This document shows, piece after piece, positions 12,601 through 30,663 of a stretch of 64,000 bases of DNA. The notes beneath the pieces are model-generated. The model had not been told where the DNA came from, searched no databases, and saw only the letters and a program-made list of their open reading frames with translations. Position numbers and translations under genes: made by a program. The stretch is from the human T2T-CHM13v2.0 reference genome, Homo sapiens, in assembly GCF_009914755.1 (NCBI RefSeq), contig NC_060929.1; one strand, 5' to 3'. Position 1 is the stretch's first letter. Each line of letters opens with the position of its first letter.

Positions 12601-14049
12601 GTCTTCTCTGCCTAATCTTTGCATTTTAATACTTTATAGATAAAATATTTTATTAAAAATGTAAATATGTAATTAGTGTTATTAAAATATTTAGACTTTG
12701 AACTTGACACAGTCTCCTTTTTTTTTCTTTTTAACGTTGTTTTTTCTCATAAATACGAGTTTCATACCCAAATGAGTGTGTGGACAGATGTAAATACATT
12801 TGGATTGTTCTATCTACTTAAACATCTAACTGTCTCGCTATTTATCAATCTCCACATCAAATTGCAATCAACCAAACCTTACCAAAGGATGTCAGTATAG
12901 CTCCACAAAGTAATTAACATCTTTGCATTTTTCCGGCTACAGGTAGATTCCTTTTAAAGTGCCATCCATAAATAAATTATATACACATATACATACATAT
13001 ATGCATATAAATACATATATGTCAATTATAGTTTTAAAGCTAGAGGAGAAATTACGAAGATCATTTTGGGCTGTTATTATTATTATTTCTTTAGCAGATA
13101 AAAATGCTCAGAATGTTAAATTGTCACAGGACTAACTGGAGGCGGGGTCAAAGCTGTAATACCACACTCCTACTTCCAGTTTAGTATTGTTTCCGGTTGC
13201 CATACTGCCTCCTCTGTACCTGTTTGATCATTCTAACAGTCAACAGGCCCCTTACATAATCAGCACAATGAAAAAGGAAGAAACTCAATCTGAGGGGCAA
13301 AAAAGAAGTGAGAGGGAGATTCAAAATTAGATTCCAAAAAGGTTTTAATGTATCACAGTGTTATTATATGATGAATTTTACCAATTAGTTTTATATTTGA
13401 AAACACCAAACATTTCCACTGAGCTGAACAGCTAAATGACATTTAGAGCAGAAATGGACTTTTGAAACTCTTAATTTTACAGACGATGGCATTAAGATCA
13501 GGAAAATTTTATGGCCCCTCTAAAGTTTGATAATAATAGAGCTAGAATTCTGAATTATCACCGTATCATTTGCCCATAGTTTTTGTTATGTTTTGTATGT
13601 TTTCTTCGACAGGGTGCCTTAATTTCAGAGTCAAGTGAAAATAGATATTCAGTTTTTTACCTCTGATACGTATATTTGTGTGTATTTGTGTTTGCCTGGT
13701 ATATGTGTGTATTCAATATAATACTGTTATTGACATGTTAAATTAGCTATCAAGAGAAATTTATAATATTTAATTAAATGCAGCAGGTTAGGTACACACA
13801 CACACATTGTTCTCTTATTAAATTAACTATTTCCATATGTTTGTTTAGTGCTAATTTCAAAATGTATGACTACATAATGTGAAGAATTTGGGGGTTACAT
13901 TTAAATGGGTCGAGAAAATAACCAAAGGCTAAGATCTGAGGTAAATTGCTATTTTATTAATTAGAATACATGTTGAAATGATGTATTCCCAAAATAACAT
14001 TTTCTGAATTATATAGTTTATGCTTCTCTTACATAGGTTTTTGGTTGGT

Positions 14050-14400
14050 GTGTTTATTCTGCCCTGTCTAGTCATCAGAAACTCAGCTTCCTTCTGTCTT
14101 GATGCTCAATGTTTTTAAGGAATTGAACTCATTTATATGATCCAGGAGAGATCACCACACATCTACCTTCTAGAAAAAGGAATAAAAGGAACAAGAGAAA
14201 GTTGCTCCCGTCCTTTGAAAAATGTGACCCTGAACATGTACATGTCACTTTCATGATCTCATTGGGTGGAATTTAGACACTTGGTCACACATTGTTGCTA
14301 GGGAGGCTGGGGATGTGGTATTTACTCTCACTATTTGCCCAGCTAAAGTCACTGGTGCTATTAGGGAGGTGACAGAATTGGGTACAAACAGCAGGATTGT
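14050..14400 (-). mobile_element. Old MaLR LTR (MLT1J/K-like)
   Basis: ggtcacacattgttgctagggaggctggggatgtggt and tcagcttccttctgtcttg resemble MLT1 in reverse; boundaries approximate. Confidence 0.55.
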
Positions 14401-15952
14401 CTATTATATTCATGTATTATAGAGTAGTATATTTGGTATAATGTACTTTTTTGGAGAAAAGCAAATTTTTATTCTAGTTTAAAATTAAAATTATGTTATA
14501 ATGCTAGTGAAAGGTATCTATACAAAATAACGTTAATAATATTTTAACATTTATGAAACAATTGTCAGTTATTGCATTTTTTCTTTTTTTGATCAAGTAA
14601 TATAATTAATAAATAATAGGCAAAGCATCCATGTATTCCAAAGTTCAGGGGATCTAGTTATAGATGTGAGAGAATGAAGAGGAAAACATTTGAACAATAA
14701 ATGAATTAAACCCATTCACATTTTTCTTAATGCTCATCTTAGAAAGACTCTATATCTGAGATCAAATGCCATCCTATCGAATATACGCCCTAGTAATTAA
14801 AATTAAAATAAAGAATAAACAGAACATTGACTAAAATGTAAAACTTCTGACAATGGGTTTTGTTTTATTAAACAATATTATTTTTCATTTTCTTTATTTC
14901 ACAATATAAATGAGTTAACTTAGGATTCTGCAAGTTTTTCTATTTCTTTATAATTTTCCCTCCAAATCTTATGTGAAATAGTCTTGTGAATTAGATAGGG
15001 TTTTCCTGTTGTTACCAATATCAGGAAACTGGTAGCACGTGGGAAGTGAAATGAATAAATGAAATGTAAAAGGGACAGTAAACTCTCAATGAAATGAATG
15101 GGTCAATATCTCGCAGAAATGTCCTTTAATATGAGGAGAGGCCATATATCAACTACAAGCAAATAAAAGTTAATGAAAACTTTTGCAAATATATTTCTAT
15201 ATACAACTTTTAAAACTAAATAGGAAATTGCACAGAAAATACCTTACTACAATCATACAGCACTAAGAAAATTTGAAAGCATTCTATTATTAATATAATA
15301 ATGGGACTCAATGACGGCTGATCTCTTCATTGCAAATGTGAAAGATCCAATTTGAGTAAAATCAATTAAATGAAACAACCTTCCATTTTGTATGAAACTA
15401 TTACATGCCTAGAAGTTGTCATGCTGTTGCTAAACAATAAGCTTAACTGCACAAGACTTTACTTGCTGAGCAGCTATGTGCTTATTTTAAAACACTAGCT
15501 TCTTAGCCACCCTTTCCTCGGTTTCTTTGAATGTTATGAAAAATAATATCAATTTCCATTTTCTGTTAGGAAGTTACTGAAACCTAGTTATCTCACTAAG
15601 TCTATGAAACAAAAGTAAAGAGTGTCCACATTGCTTCACTCTCCATAAATATGTTGGCAGAATAATAATTTGTCATAGTCTGTTTGACAACATTTTTGCT
15701 AAACTCCTTCTAGTCTGCCTTAAAGGACTGTACAGACTTGGAAAATTAAAAATCACATTTTCCTTACAGCTAGTGTTTGAGGTAGGAGTGGAGGGTGATT
15801 CATATTCAGTTTTTCAGATGCCCTCATCATCTTTAATTAGAAACAGAGTTAAATAAGCAGAAAGGCAAGATGCAAGGTATTTATTTCACTACCATAGTAG
15901 CTGAGGAAGCATGGTTTTGCAGTTACCATAATCTGGGGGCAGTATTGGGAGC

Positions 15953-16250
15953 TTTTTTTTTGGGAGGGGGGGACGGAGTCTAGTTCTGTCACCCAGGTTG
16001 GAGTGCAGTGGCATGATCTCAGCTTACTGCAACCTCTGCCTCCTGGGTTCAAGTGATTCTCCGCCTCAGCCTCCTGAGTAGCTGGGATTACAGGTGCCTG
16101 CCACCGTGCCCAGCTAATTCTTGTATTTTTTGATAGAGACAGGGTTTCACTGTGTTGGCCACGCTGGTCTCAGACTCCTGACCTCGTGATCCACCTGCCT
16201 GGGCCTTCCAAAGTGCTGTGATTACAGATGTGAGCCTCCGCGCCCCGGCC
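15953..16250 (-). mobile_element. AluS (Sg-like), full length
   Basis: Both arms present; ends ...gcgccccggcc; TSD tgggagcttttt at 15946 and 16251. Confidence 0.95.
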
Positions 16251-16690
16251 TGGGAGCTTTTTGAACCAGGACAATGAATGTGTGATCCTGGGAGCTAGAA
16301 GTACTTTGATCTTCACCTAGTCCCTCTCTTTCTACTTAGGTTGTTAACCACACATCATTCAAAATTAAATTGTTATTTGTCTAAAATAGTGAGAGCGGTT
16401 TCTGTTATCTGCAACTGAACTGTTACTGATATTTTTCTACTTAATCATATCTCAACATTTCAAAAGTCCTATAACTTGAGGGTGGAAAAAGGGAGAATCA
16501 ATCCTGAGAAAAAAATGAAGTGTCAAATAGTTAGCTATGTTTTAAAAAATGTAATCATTCTGACAATCAATAGTTAATTAAAGAACATATGATCTTAAAT
16601 TTATTTTTGTCTCATGCCCCTTCTCTTTAGAAGTTACTATGCTCTCTGTGCTTTAGGTATAAAGGTTACTGCTTGCTTTCTTGACTTTTT

Positions 16691-16857
16691 TGGGAACGCA
16701 GAGAACAATACCTCAAAGTATGGTGCTTTGGTGTACTGAGCATGTTTCAATTAAAGGAAATTGAAAGGCCTTAGAAACTGCCTCAGAAGCAAGGACTTCT
16801 TCACCTTCTCTTGTTTCTTCCCCTCAAGTGTTCTCTCTGGAACTTCCCTTATCTAAC
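16691..16857 (+). mobile_element. ERV1 solo LTR (MER39-like), 5' part, interrupted by the HML-6 provirus
   Basis: aatacctcaaagtatggtgctttgg...gaaaggccttagaaactgcctcagaagc; resumes after the TSD at 28312. Confidence 0.7.
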
Positions 16858-17134
16858 TGCAGGGAGCCGAAGGCCCAAAGGCCCCTGGGACGTGACCAAC
16901 TCAGCATTCCACTGGAGGCTGTATGATCAAACAGCAAACTGTTTATCATGAATGCAGGATTTGAGCAAACTCAGGACTGCTCCTGCCAACAGAAGGTTTG
17001 CTGGAGGCCATCACTCCCTGGTGCTGAGGTTATCTACTGCGACATCTAGAGAATACAGTCTCACAAGCTTACTCTAGACTGAGCAGCTGACCCCTTCTTC
17101 CACCCCACTTCTCACTTTCTCTTTTGCCTCATAA
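16858..17134 (+). mobile_element. HML-6 5' LTR (LTR3), truncated at the poly(A) signal
   Basis: tgcagggagccgaagg...gggacgtgaccaactcagcattccactggaggc; aligns to 21655-21914; similarity stops at cctcataaa. Confidence 0.88.
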
Positions 17135-18769
<1,635 letters not shown>

Positions 18770-18790
<21 letters not shown>

Positions 18791-19600
18791 AGGAACACCA
18801 GGAAGTGCAGGATTAGATCTACCTGCCAGAGAAAGAATCCCGTTAGTTGGTGGAGACAAACCTATCAAAGTTCCTACTGGCATTTGGGGACCTTTACCAA
18901 CAGAATATATGGGATTAGTTTTAGGCAAGTCTGCCTTAACTTGCAAAGCATTACTGTATTCCCAGGAGTGATTGACTCCAATTATGCAGGAGACATTCAA
19001 GTAGTTTTAATGTCACAAGATCTTTGGATTTTTGAACCGAGAGAATATGTTGCTCAATTATTGCTTATTCCCTGCAAATTCTAGTCTTCTCCATGAAAGG
19101 TGAAATGAGAAAATAAAGGATTTGGGAGCACAACTACACAGGAAATCTATCTATCCCAACCCATAGCCTCTAATAGACCCATCTGTGTATTTCAAATTAA
19201 AGGAAAGAAATTTTGTGAGCTTATGGATATGGGAGCTGATGTATCAGTAAGATCTAAAGACAATTGGCCCCCATCCTGGCCCTTGCAATCAACTTCTACA
19301 TCTCTAGTGGGAGTAGGAACAGCTCAGAGTGTTCAACAGAGCGCTGAGATTTTACCTTGCCTTGGTCCGGATGGACAGTCATGTACTTTTCAGCCTTATG
19401 TTGCAAGTATAGCCATGAATTTATGGGATCAAGACTTACTTACAGCATGGAATAGGAGACTTACAAATGAATACTTTGATAACCCAGGATTTAAAATGTT
19501 GAAGAACATGAGATATCAGAGTGGAAAAGGTTTGGGGAAGTTTCTACATGAAATCCTAACCCGATATCAGTACTGAAAAAACAGATGGAAAAGGGCTAGA
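18770..19600 (+). pseudogene. HML-6 pro remnant: dUTPase, aspartic protease and G-patch
   Basis: dUTPase motifs GSAGLDL, VPTGIWG, GKS, GVIDSNYAGDI; protease active site degenerated to MDMGAD; G-patch GFKMLKNMRYQSGKGLGK. Confidence 0.87.
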
Positions 19601-20600
19601 ACGTCACAATTTCTGGCGTGGGGTCATTGATATTTCTCCTCCGCCCACGGCCTTACCATTAGAATGGCTTAGTGACAAAACTGTGTGGGTGGATAAATGG
19701 CTCCTAACACAGGAGCAGCTAGATCGACTTAATCTCTTGGTAAAGGAGCAGCTGAATGCAGGACATATAGAAAAGTCAGTTAGCTCCTGGAATTCTCCAG
19801 TGTTTGTTATTACAAAAAGGTCCGAAAGCAATAATGACCTCTGGTGCTTCAGCTCAAGGCTCAGAGCTAATTGCAGTCATTCAGGTTTTACAGCTCACAG
19901 CTTCAGATCCTATCAACATAGTCTGTGATTCAGCTTATGCTGTAAATGTAGCCAGTCACATAGAAAGTGCTACAGTTAAAAGTACACTGGACGCAGAACT
20001 GCTTAATATGTTTCACTTATTCTGATATGCTGCATGCTGCATGCCAAACAGGTGAGACAGCTGGTCATTTACAGCGACATTGTCTGTCATCATTTGCTCA
20101 TATGGGGACACCTAAACAATTAAAAACTGACAATGGACCCACTTATACTAGTCATACTTTTCAAAATTTCTTACAGCTTTGGACTATAACCCATAAAACA
20201 GGAATTCCTTATAATCCTAGAGGACAAAGCATTAGAGAGCGGGCACATCAAGCATTATAACGCATGTTGAAAAAACAAAAAGGGGGTACAGGAGGACAAC
20301 TACCACCTCAATCAAAACTACATTTAGCCTTATTTACTGTAAATTTTCTGACTCCTGGTATGGATGGTAAGACTCCAGCAGAAAGACATTGGCAAGTGTT
20401 AGAGGAAAAGAGGAAAGTTTACCCGAAAGTGTTATGGAAATCCCCAGAAGAAGGACGATGGAAAGTTCCGGTGGATTTACTGACATGGAGATGAGGGTAT
20501 GCTTGTGTTTTCACAGGAGATGGACAAGCCATGTGGGTGCCCTCAGGATGTGTGCAATCATGGAATGGGAGACTGGAGGAACCCAGGGTGGCCAGCCATG
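19600..20600 (+). pseudogene. HML-6 pol remnant (RT N-terminus, RNase H fragment, integrase core/C-terminus; most of RT deleted)
   Basis: WVDKW...GHIE...WNSPVFVI; SAQGSELIAV...NIVCDSAY; KTDNGPTY...GIPYNPRGQ; only ~1 kb in total. Confidence 0.85.
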
Positions 20601-20617
20601 GGCCTAGTCCCTCCAGT

Positions 20618-21640
20618 ATGAGCCATGAGTTAGCCGAGCCTGAGTGCAAACACAGAGAGAAGGCCAACCAGAGTCACAACACAGTTCTACTGTTACATTT
20701 GTAAAGAATATCACCACTCAATTTACAGTTTGTGTTTTTAATCCTTATGTCTTTTTGGCTGCTAAGAAGGACCAGCTCCAGGTAAACAATATTCAGTTGA
20801 CGTGCAGATCTTGCCAGTTATAACACTGCATTAATCATAGCACATTGAAAACACATAATATCTCTACTTTGATGATTTTAGGTTGCATCCCTGGGCTAGG
20901 GATTCCTGTTAATCTGTCCAGAGACTTGGGCTGCCACACCTGCTTTGCATTTTGTGAAACTTCTAACTCAGCTCACTCATCGTGTCTTTAGAGCCTTGGA
21001 CATGATAATTTTTGCTCTTGTTTCCTTGGTCACACTAATAACTTCTGTTGTGATATCTTCTGTAGCTTTGCATAGTTCTGTTCAAACAGCTCAGTACTTG
21101 GATAACTGGACACGTACAGCTAACCAAGCATGGCTACTTCACAATAGAATTAACACTGACCTACAAACTGAAGTGGCAATGTTAAAATCCATGGTTCTAT
21201 GGTTAGGGGAACAAGTACAAAGCTTGCAATTGCAGCAGCAATTGCATTGTCATTTTAATCACATCAATATTTGTGTAACCAACTTAGAATATAACCAAAG
21301 TGAGTATCCATGGGACCTTGTGAAAGACCATCTGCAGGGAGCTTCCACATCCAACATCACCTTTGATATTGGTGAATTATAAAACAAAATTCTTGATTTA
21401 AATAGGAAAACTCAAGTACTTCAGCCTTCTTTAGAAGACTGGACCGAATTCCAGCAAGGCCTGGAGAGCCTCAACCCCTAGACCTATCTAAGGCACCACA
21501 TTAACATCTTATATATAGTTCTTGGATTAATGTTTTTTTGTCTCTGTCTTCTGTTTATAGTCTGTAAAATCAGATGGACTGCCAATCAGAGAATGAGAGC
21601 TGCCCAGCCTGGCCTTACATTCTTTCAATTAATTAATAAA
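20618..21640 (+). pseudogene. HML-6 env remnant (SU largely deleted, TM retained)
   Basis: Fusion-peptide-like ALDMIIFALVSLVTLI, heptad region and CHFNHINIC loop (ORF 20945-21382); followed by a polypurine tract gaaaggggga. Confidence 0.82.
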
Positions 21641-21654
21641 CCGAAAGGGGGATA

Positions 21655-21914
21655 TGCAGGGAGCCGAAGTCCCTTGGGATGTGACCAACTCATCATTCCA
21701 CTGGAGGCTATATGATCAAACAGTGAACTGTTTATTGTGAATGCAGGAATTGAGCAAACTCATGACCGCTCCTGCTGACAGAAGGTTTGCTGGAAGCAAT
21801 CACTCCCTGGTGCCGAGGTTATTTACTGAGATGTCTAGAGAATACAGTCTTGCAAGCCTACTCTGGACTGAGCAGCTGACCCCTTCTTCCACCCCTCTTC
21901 TCACTATCTCTTTT
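21655..21914 (+). mobile_element. HML-6 3' LTR (LTR3), 5' part
   Basis: Starts tgcagggagccg after the PPT; about 89% identical to the 5' LTR by hand alignment. Confidence 0.9.
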
Positions 21915-22138
21915 TTTTCTTTCTTTTTAAATTATACTTTAAGTTCTAGGATACATGTGCACAACGTGCAGGTTTGTTACATAGGTATATATGTGCCATG
22001 TTGGTTTGCTGCATTCATTAACTCATCATTTACATTAGGTATTTCTCCTAATGCTATCCCTTCCCCATCCCCCACCCCACCCCACCACAGGCCCAGGTGT
22101 GTGATGTTCCCCGCCCTGTGTCCAAGTGTTCTCATTGT

Positions 22139-25956
<3,818 letters not shown>

Positions 25957-26019
25957 TATGATGTTAACTGGTTATTTTGCCCGTTAGTTGATGCAGTTTC
26001 TTCCTAGCATCAATGATCT

Positions 26020-27040
26020 TTACAATTTGGCATGTTTTTGCAGTGGCTGGTACTGGTTTTTCCTTTCTACATTTAGTGCTTCCTTCAGGAGCTCTTGTAA
26101 GGCAGGCCTGGTGGTGACAAAATCTCTCAGTATTTGCTTGTCTGTGAAGGATTTTATTTCTCCTTCACTTACGAAGCTTAGTTTGGCTGGATATGAAATT
26201 CTGAGTTGAACATTCTTTTCTTTAAGAATGTTGAATATTGGCCCCTACACTCTTCTGGCTTGTAGGGTTTCTGAAGAGAGATCTGCAGTTAGTCTGGTGG
26301 TCTTCCGTTTGTGGGTAACTCGACCTTTCTCTCTGGCTGCCCTTAACATTTTTTCCTTTTTTTCAACCTTTGTGAATTTGATGATTATATGTCTTGGGGT
26401 TGCTCTTCTGGAGGAGAATCTTTGTGCTTTTCTCTGTATTTCCTGAATTTGAATGTTGGCCTGCCTTGCTAGGTTGGAGAAGTTCTCCTGGATAATATCC
26501 TGAAGAGTGTTTTCCAACTTGGTTCCATTCTCCCCATCACTTTCAGGGACACCAATCAAACGTAGATTTGTTCTTTTTCACATAGTCCCATATTTCTTGG
26601 AGGATTTGTTCATTTATTTTTATTCTTTTTTCTCTAAACTTCTCTTCTTGCTTCACTTCATTAATTTGATCTTCAATCACTGATACCCTTTCTTCCACTT
26701 GATCAAATCAGCTACTGAAGCTTGTGCATGCATCACTTAGTTCTCATGCCATGGTTTTCAGCTCCATCAGGTCATTTAAGATCTTCTCTACACTGTTTAT
26801 TCCACTTAGCCATTTGTCTAACCTTTTTTCAAAGTTTTTATCTTTCTTGCAATGGGTTTGAACATCCTTCTTTAGCTCAGAGAAGTTTGTTATTACCAAC
26901 TTTCTGAAGCCTACTTCTGTCAACTCATCATTCTTTGTCCAGCTTTGTTCCGTTGCTGGCGACGAGCTGCGATCCTTTGGAGGAGAAGGGGTGCTCTGGT
27001 TTTTACAATTTTCATCTTTTCTGCTCTGGTTTCTCCCCAT
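26020..27040 (-). pseudogene. L1 ORF1 (RNA-binding protein), disrupted
   Basis: MGRNQSRK start; IGVPESDGENGTKLENTLQDIIQENF; RRATPRHII; stop TAA at 26022-26020. Confidence 0.92.
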
Positions 27041-28090
27041 CTTTGTGGTTTTATCTACCTTTGGTCTTTGATGATGGTGACCTACAGATGGGGTTTTGGC
27101 GTGGATGTCCTTTTTCTTGATGTTGATGCTATTCCTTTCTGTTTGTTAGTTTTCCTTCTAACAGTCACGTCCCTCAGCTGCAGGTCCATTGAAGTTTGCT
27201 GGAGGTCCACTCCAGACCCTGTTTGCCTGGGTATCACCAGCAGAGGCTGCAGAACAGCAAATATTGCAGAACAGCAAATACTACTGCCTGATCCTTCCTC
27301 TGGAAGCTTCGTTTCAGAGGGGCACCTGGCTGTGTGAGGTGTCAGTCAGCCCCTACTGGGAGGTGTCTCCAAGTTAGGCTACACAGGGTTCAGGGATCCA
27401 CTTGAGGAGGCAGTCTGTCCATTCTCAGATCTCAAACACCATGCTGGGAGAACCATTGCTCTCTTCAGAGCTGTCAGTCAGGGACTTTTAAGTCTGCAAA
27501 AGTTTCTGCTGCCTTTTGTTCAGCTATGCCCTGCCCCCAGAGGTGGAGTCTACAGAGGCAGGCAGGCCTCCTTGAGCTGTGGTGGGCTCCACTCAGTTCG
27601 AGCTTCCTGGCTGCTTTGTTTACCTACTCAAGCCTCAGCAATGGCAGACATCCCTCCCCCAGCCAGGCTTGCCACCTCGCAGTTCAATCTGGGACTAGCA
27701 GTGAGCAAGTTTCCATGGGAGTGGGACCCACTGAGCCATGCACGGGATATAATCTCCTGGTGTGCCATTTGCTAAGGCCATTGGGAAAGCTCAGTGTTTA
27801 GGTGGCTTCAGTTTAGGTGTTTAGCTCAGTGTCTTGATTTTCCCAGTACAGTCGGTCATGGCTTCCCTTGGCTAAGAAAGGGAAATCCCCTGACCCCTTG
27901 CACTTCTCTGGTGAGGCGTGACCCACCCTGCTTTGGCTCGCCCTCCATGGGCTGTACCCACTGTCTGACAAGTCCCAGTGAGATGAATCAGGTACCTCAG
28001 TTGGAAATGCAGAAATCACCCATCTTCTGCATCAATCATGCTGGGAGCTTCAGACCGAAGCTGTTTCTATTTGGCTATCTTGGAACAGCC

Positions 28091-28305
28091 TCACTTTATC
28101 TTTTGCCTAATTAATATGGAGGGCTGTGTAAAGCTCAGGGCCCTTGTCCACTAGAGGCAAGATGCACCCTGTCCCCTTTTTCCAAGTATACTTTTTTGCC
28201 TCTTGTCTTTTATTCCCACGTTCACCCCCTCTTTGTTCAGTCCCACTAGGTCCATGTGGGTTACATAGTGGCACCCCAAACAGCGACAGAATTGGGTGCT
28301 CTACA
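28091..28305 (+). mobile_element. HML-6 3' LTR (LTR3), 3' part (R/U5)
   Basis: Continues tcttttgcctaattaatatggagggc; ends ...gtgctctaca immediately before the TSD. Confidence 0.87.
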
Positions 28306-28311
28306 TCTAAC

Positions 28312-28859
28312 TGAGGAAAGCTTCTTCCATAAAAAATGCAATTATCTTAAGATCCCATCCCTAGAAATCTCATCAAATAACCAATAAAGATTAATCACCC
28401 CACCAGAGAAGAGAAAAGACTAAAAGTTGTCACTGTGCCCAGGCAGACTTTCCATCTGTTTTTCCGAGAGTTGCTCAGAAAGATTACCTGGGACACTTTT
28501 TTCTGTATAAAGTTCAACCTTTGATAACAGTGAAGTTCTACCTCTTGCTTTTTCACTACTTCTCCCAGAACTCAGAGGAGCTTTGTCCCAGTCCATTGTC
28601 TGTTCTTTGGGCTCATTCATTTCTCTTGAAAGTCATTTCCTACCCCTCAGAAATGCCTTCATCTCCTATTTCCTTCTCCTCTGTGCTATTTAAGCCTCAA
28701 CCATCTGGCCCTTCATTGAGTCTTATATTTTATATGGCTCCTGTGTTTATATAAGTTAATAAATTTTTATGTCTTTCTCCTGTTAATCTGTCCATTGCCA
28801 GTTCATTGCAGCAGATTCAAACCTTCAGAGGGGGAAGAAAAATTATCTTTACCCCTATA
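28312..28859 (+). mobile_element. ERV1 solo LTR (MER39-like), 3' part
   Basis: TATA-like ctatttaag, AATAAA at ~28758, tctcctgttaatctg and aaccttcagaggggg...cccctata end. Confidence 0.7.
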
Positions 28860-29813
28860 CTTTCTTAGATAAAATCTGAATCACACTGCTTGGTCTTTTT
28901 CCTATTTTTAATGTTAAAATATTTAATTACATATGAAAAGATTTACAAGTAAATTAAATGCTATTTTCATAGGAAAAGTGACAAAACGTAGAGTGAATAA
29001 TTCTTACATTGATTGAAAATTAAATTCTTACTCAAACTGACTACTTCAACCCATACCTGAATAAGGTCAGTGGCCTAGTTTAAATTTTGAAACATTGGTG
29101 AAGTGAAAATAATTCATTGTTTGGCTGTGATATAACTTTATGCCTGCGAAATTGAATTTTAAAAAATCTTTGATATTAAAAAAAGTGACAAATCATAATC
29201 TAGTGTATTTGTAATTGTGTTTAGTGAACATAGATATAATCTTTTATTTTTATACTTTAGGCTGTAATTTTAATGCAGAAACTAGGCTTTGGTGCTAAAA
29301 CTAGTGTTTTAATCAATATTCCCATTCTGAAAAGCCATTCTAAGAATTCTTAGATGCTTCTTAATAAAAGGCAATATTTAAAAATAAATAAATATGTATT
29401 ACAAAACACCAGACAAACCACAACTATAATTTTTATTTCTTCTCTCTTAAAATACTATTTCATTACTTTTATGCTTTTTCTTCTCTTATTATTTGTCAAG
29501 GACTATTAATTGTGTGAGATTATTACTTACATGTAAACCAACAAATCACCTTGCCCATTTCATGGATGCTGACAGAAGATATGAGACTTCTGAGTAAGAC
29601 ACAAAGGGCACAGGAAGACATATTTTCTTTTCCCCCAATATCCCATAGGGGCCATACCTGAGATGGACTCAAGTAGATATTGCACATAGAATGGGTTTGC
29701 ATATTAGCTGAGGGACCACAGCTAGGGAAATGCAGCATTTTATTATAATGGTTTGTGAACAATACTGTATGAATTTTGTTCCCAATGAAGTCCTCGTCTT
29801 CATTTTATTATGC

Positions 29814-30663
29814 TGTCAACTTCAAAAAAAAGACTCCAGAGGAAATTACCTTTAGATATGTTTGGTTTATTCAGGATTAAGTTATAAGGATAATAATCCA
29901 GAATGCATGAAATAGCAAGCCCTCAGTGCATTTAGTGAGGGTGAAAGAAGGGTGAGGGGAGCTTTTTAATAAAAGAGATTCATGTAAGCTACTTAGAAAC
30001 AGAGTTCATTTGTTCTACAGGTTCAAACCCAGAGATGTCAGTTCATATATTAAAATGCTGTTTGTTACTGGGAAAGTCTCCTTCCCAGGACATCTTATCT
30101 GAATTACTGCAGTCCCAGTCTAGTGATAACCCTAGCAAAGCAGGAGATGCACGAAGGGTTTCTTGCGGGGTTTGTTTGTTTGTTTGTTTTGAAACTCCTT
30201 GTAAACAGTTTTTTTTTTTTTTAACTTTTAAGTTCAGTGGTACAAGTGCAGGTTTGTTGCTAGGTAAATTTGTGTCATGGGGGTTTGTTGTACAGATTAT
30301 TTCATCATCCCAGTATTAAACCTAGTATCCATTAGTTGTTTTTCCTGATCCTTTCCTTCCTCCTTCCCTCTGCCTCCAAAAGGCCCCAGTGTGTATTGTT
30401 CCACTCTATGTGACCATGTGTTCTCATCATTTAGCTCCCACTTATAGGTGAAAACATGTAATATTTGGTTTTCTGTTCCTGTGTTAGTTTGCTAAGGATA
30501 ATGGCCTCCAGCTCCATCCATATCCCTGCAAAGGACATGATCTCATTCTTTTTTATGGCTGTATACTATTCCACAGTGTATATGTAGTATATATTCTCAA
30601 ATATGTAAGTGTACACCTCCTTTCCTTTGGGCCCTACTGTCTCTATTTTGTCTGGGTCTGACA
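29814..30663 (-). mobile_element. ERV1-class solo LTR (MER31/MER67-like), interrupted by an L1 fragment
   Basis: tgtcaac...tctgaca inverted termini; minus-strand AATAAA at ~29866. Confidence 0.5.
30209..30586 (-). mobile_element. 5'-truncated L1 3' end (L1PA13-like)
   Basis: T-run then aacttttaagttcagtggtacaagtgcaggtttgtt...gtacagattatttcatc...tttatggctg. Confidence 0.9.

Noticed and set aside
27249-27282. gcagaacagcaaata tandem repeat in the L1 5' UTR
   Set aside because: Recalled as a subfamily-level feature of L1PA 5' UTRs of this age rather than locus-specific.
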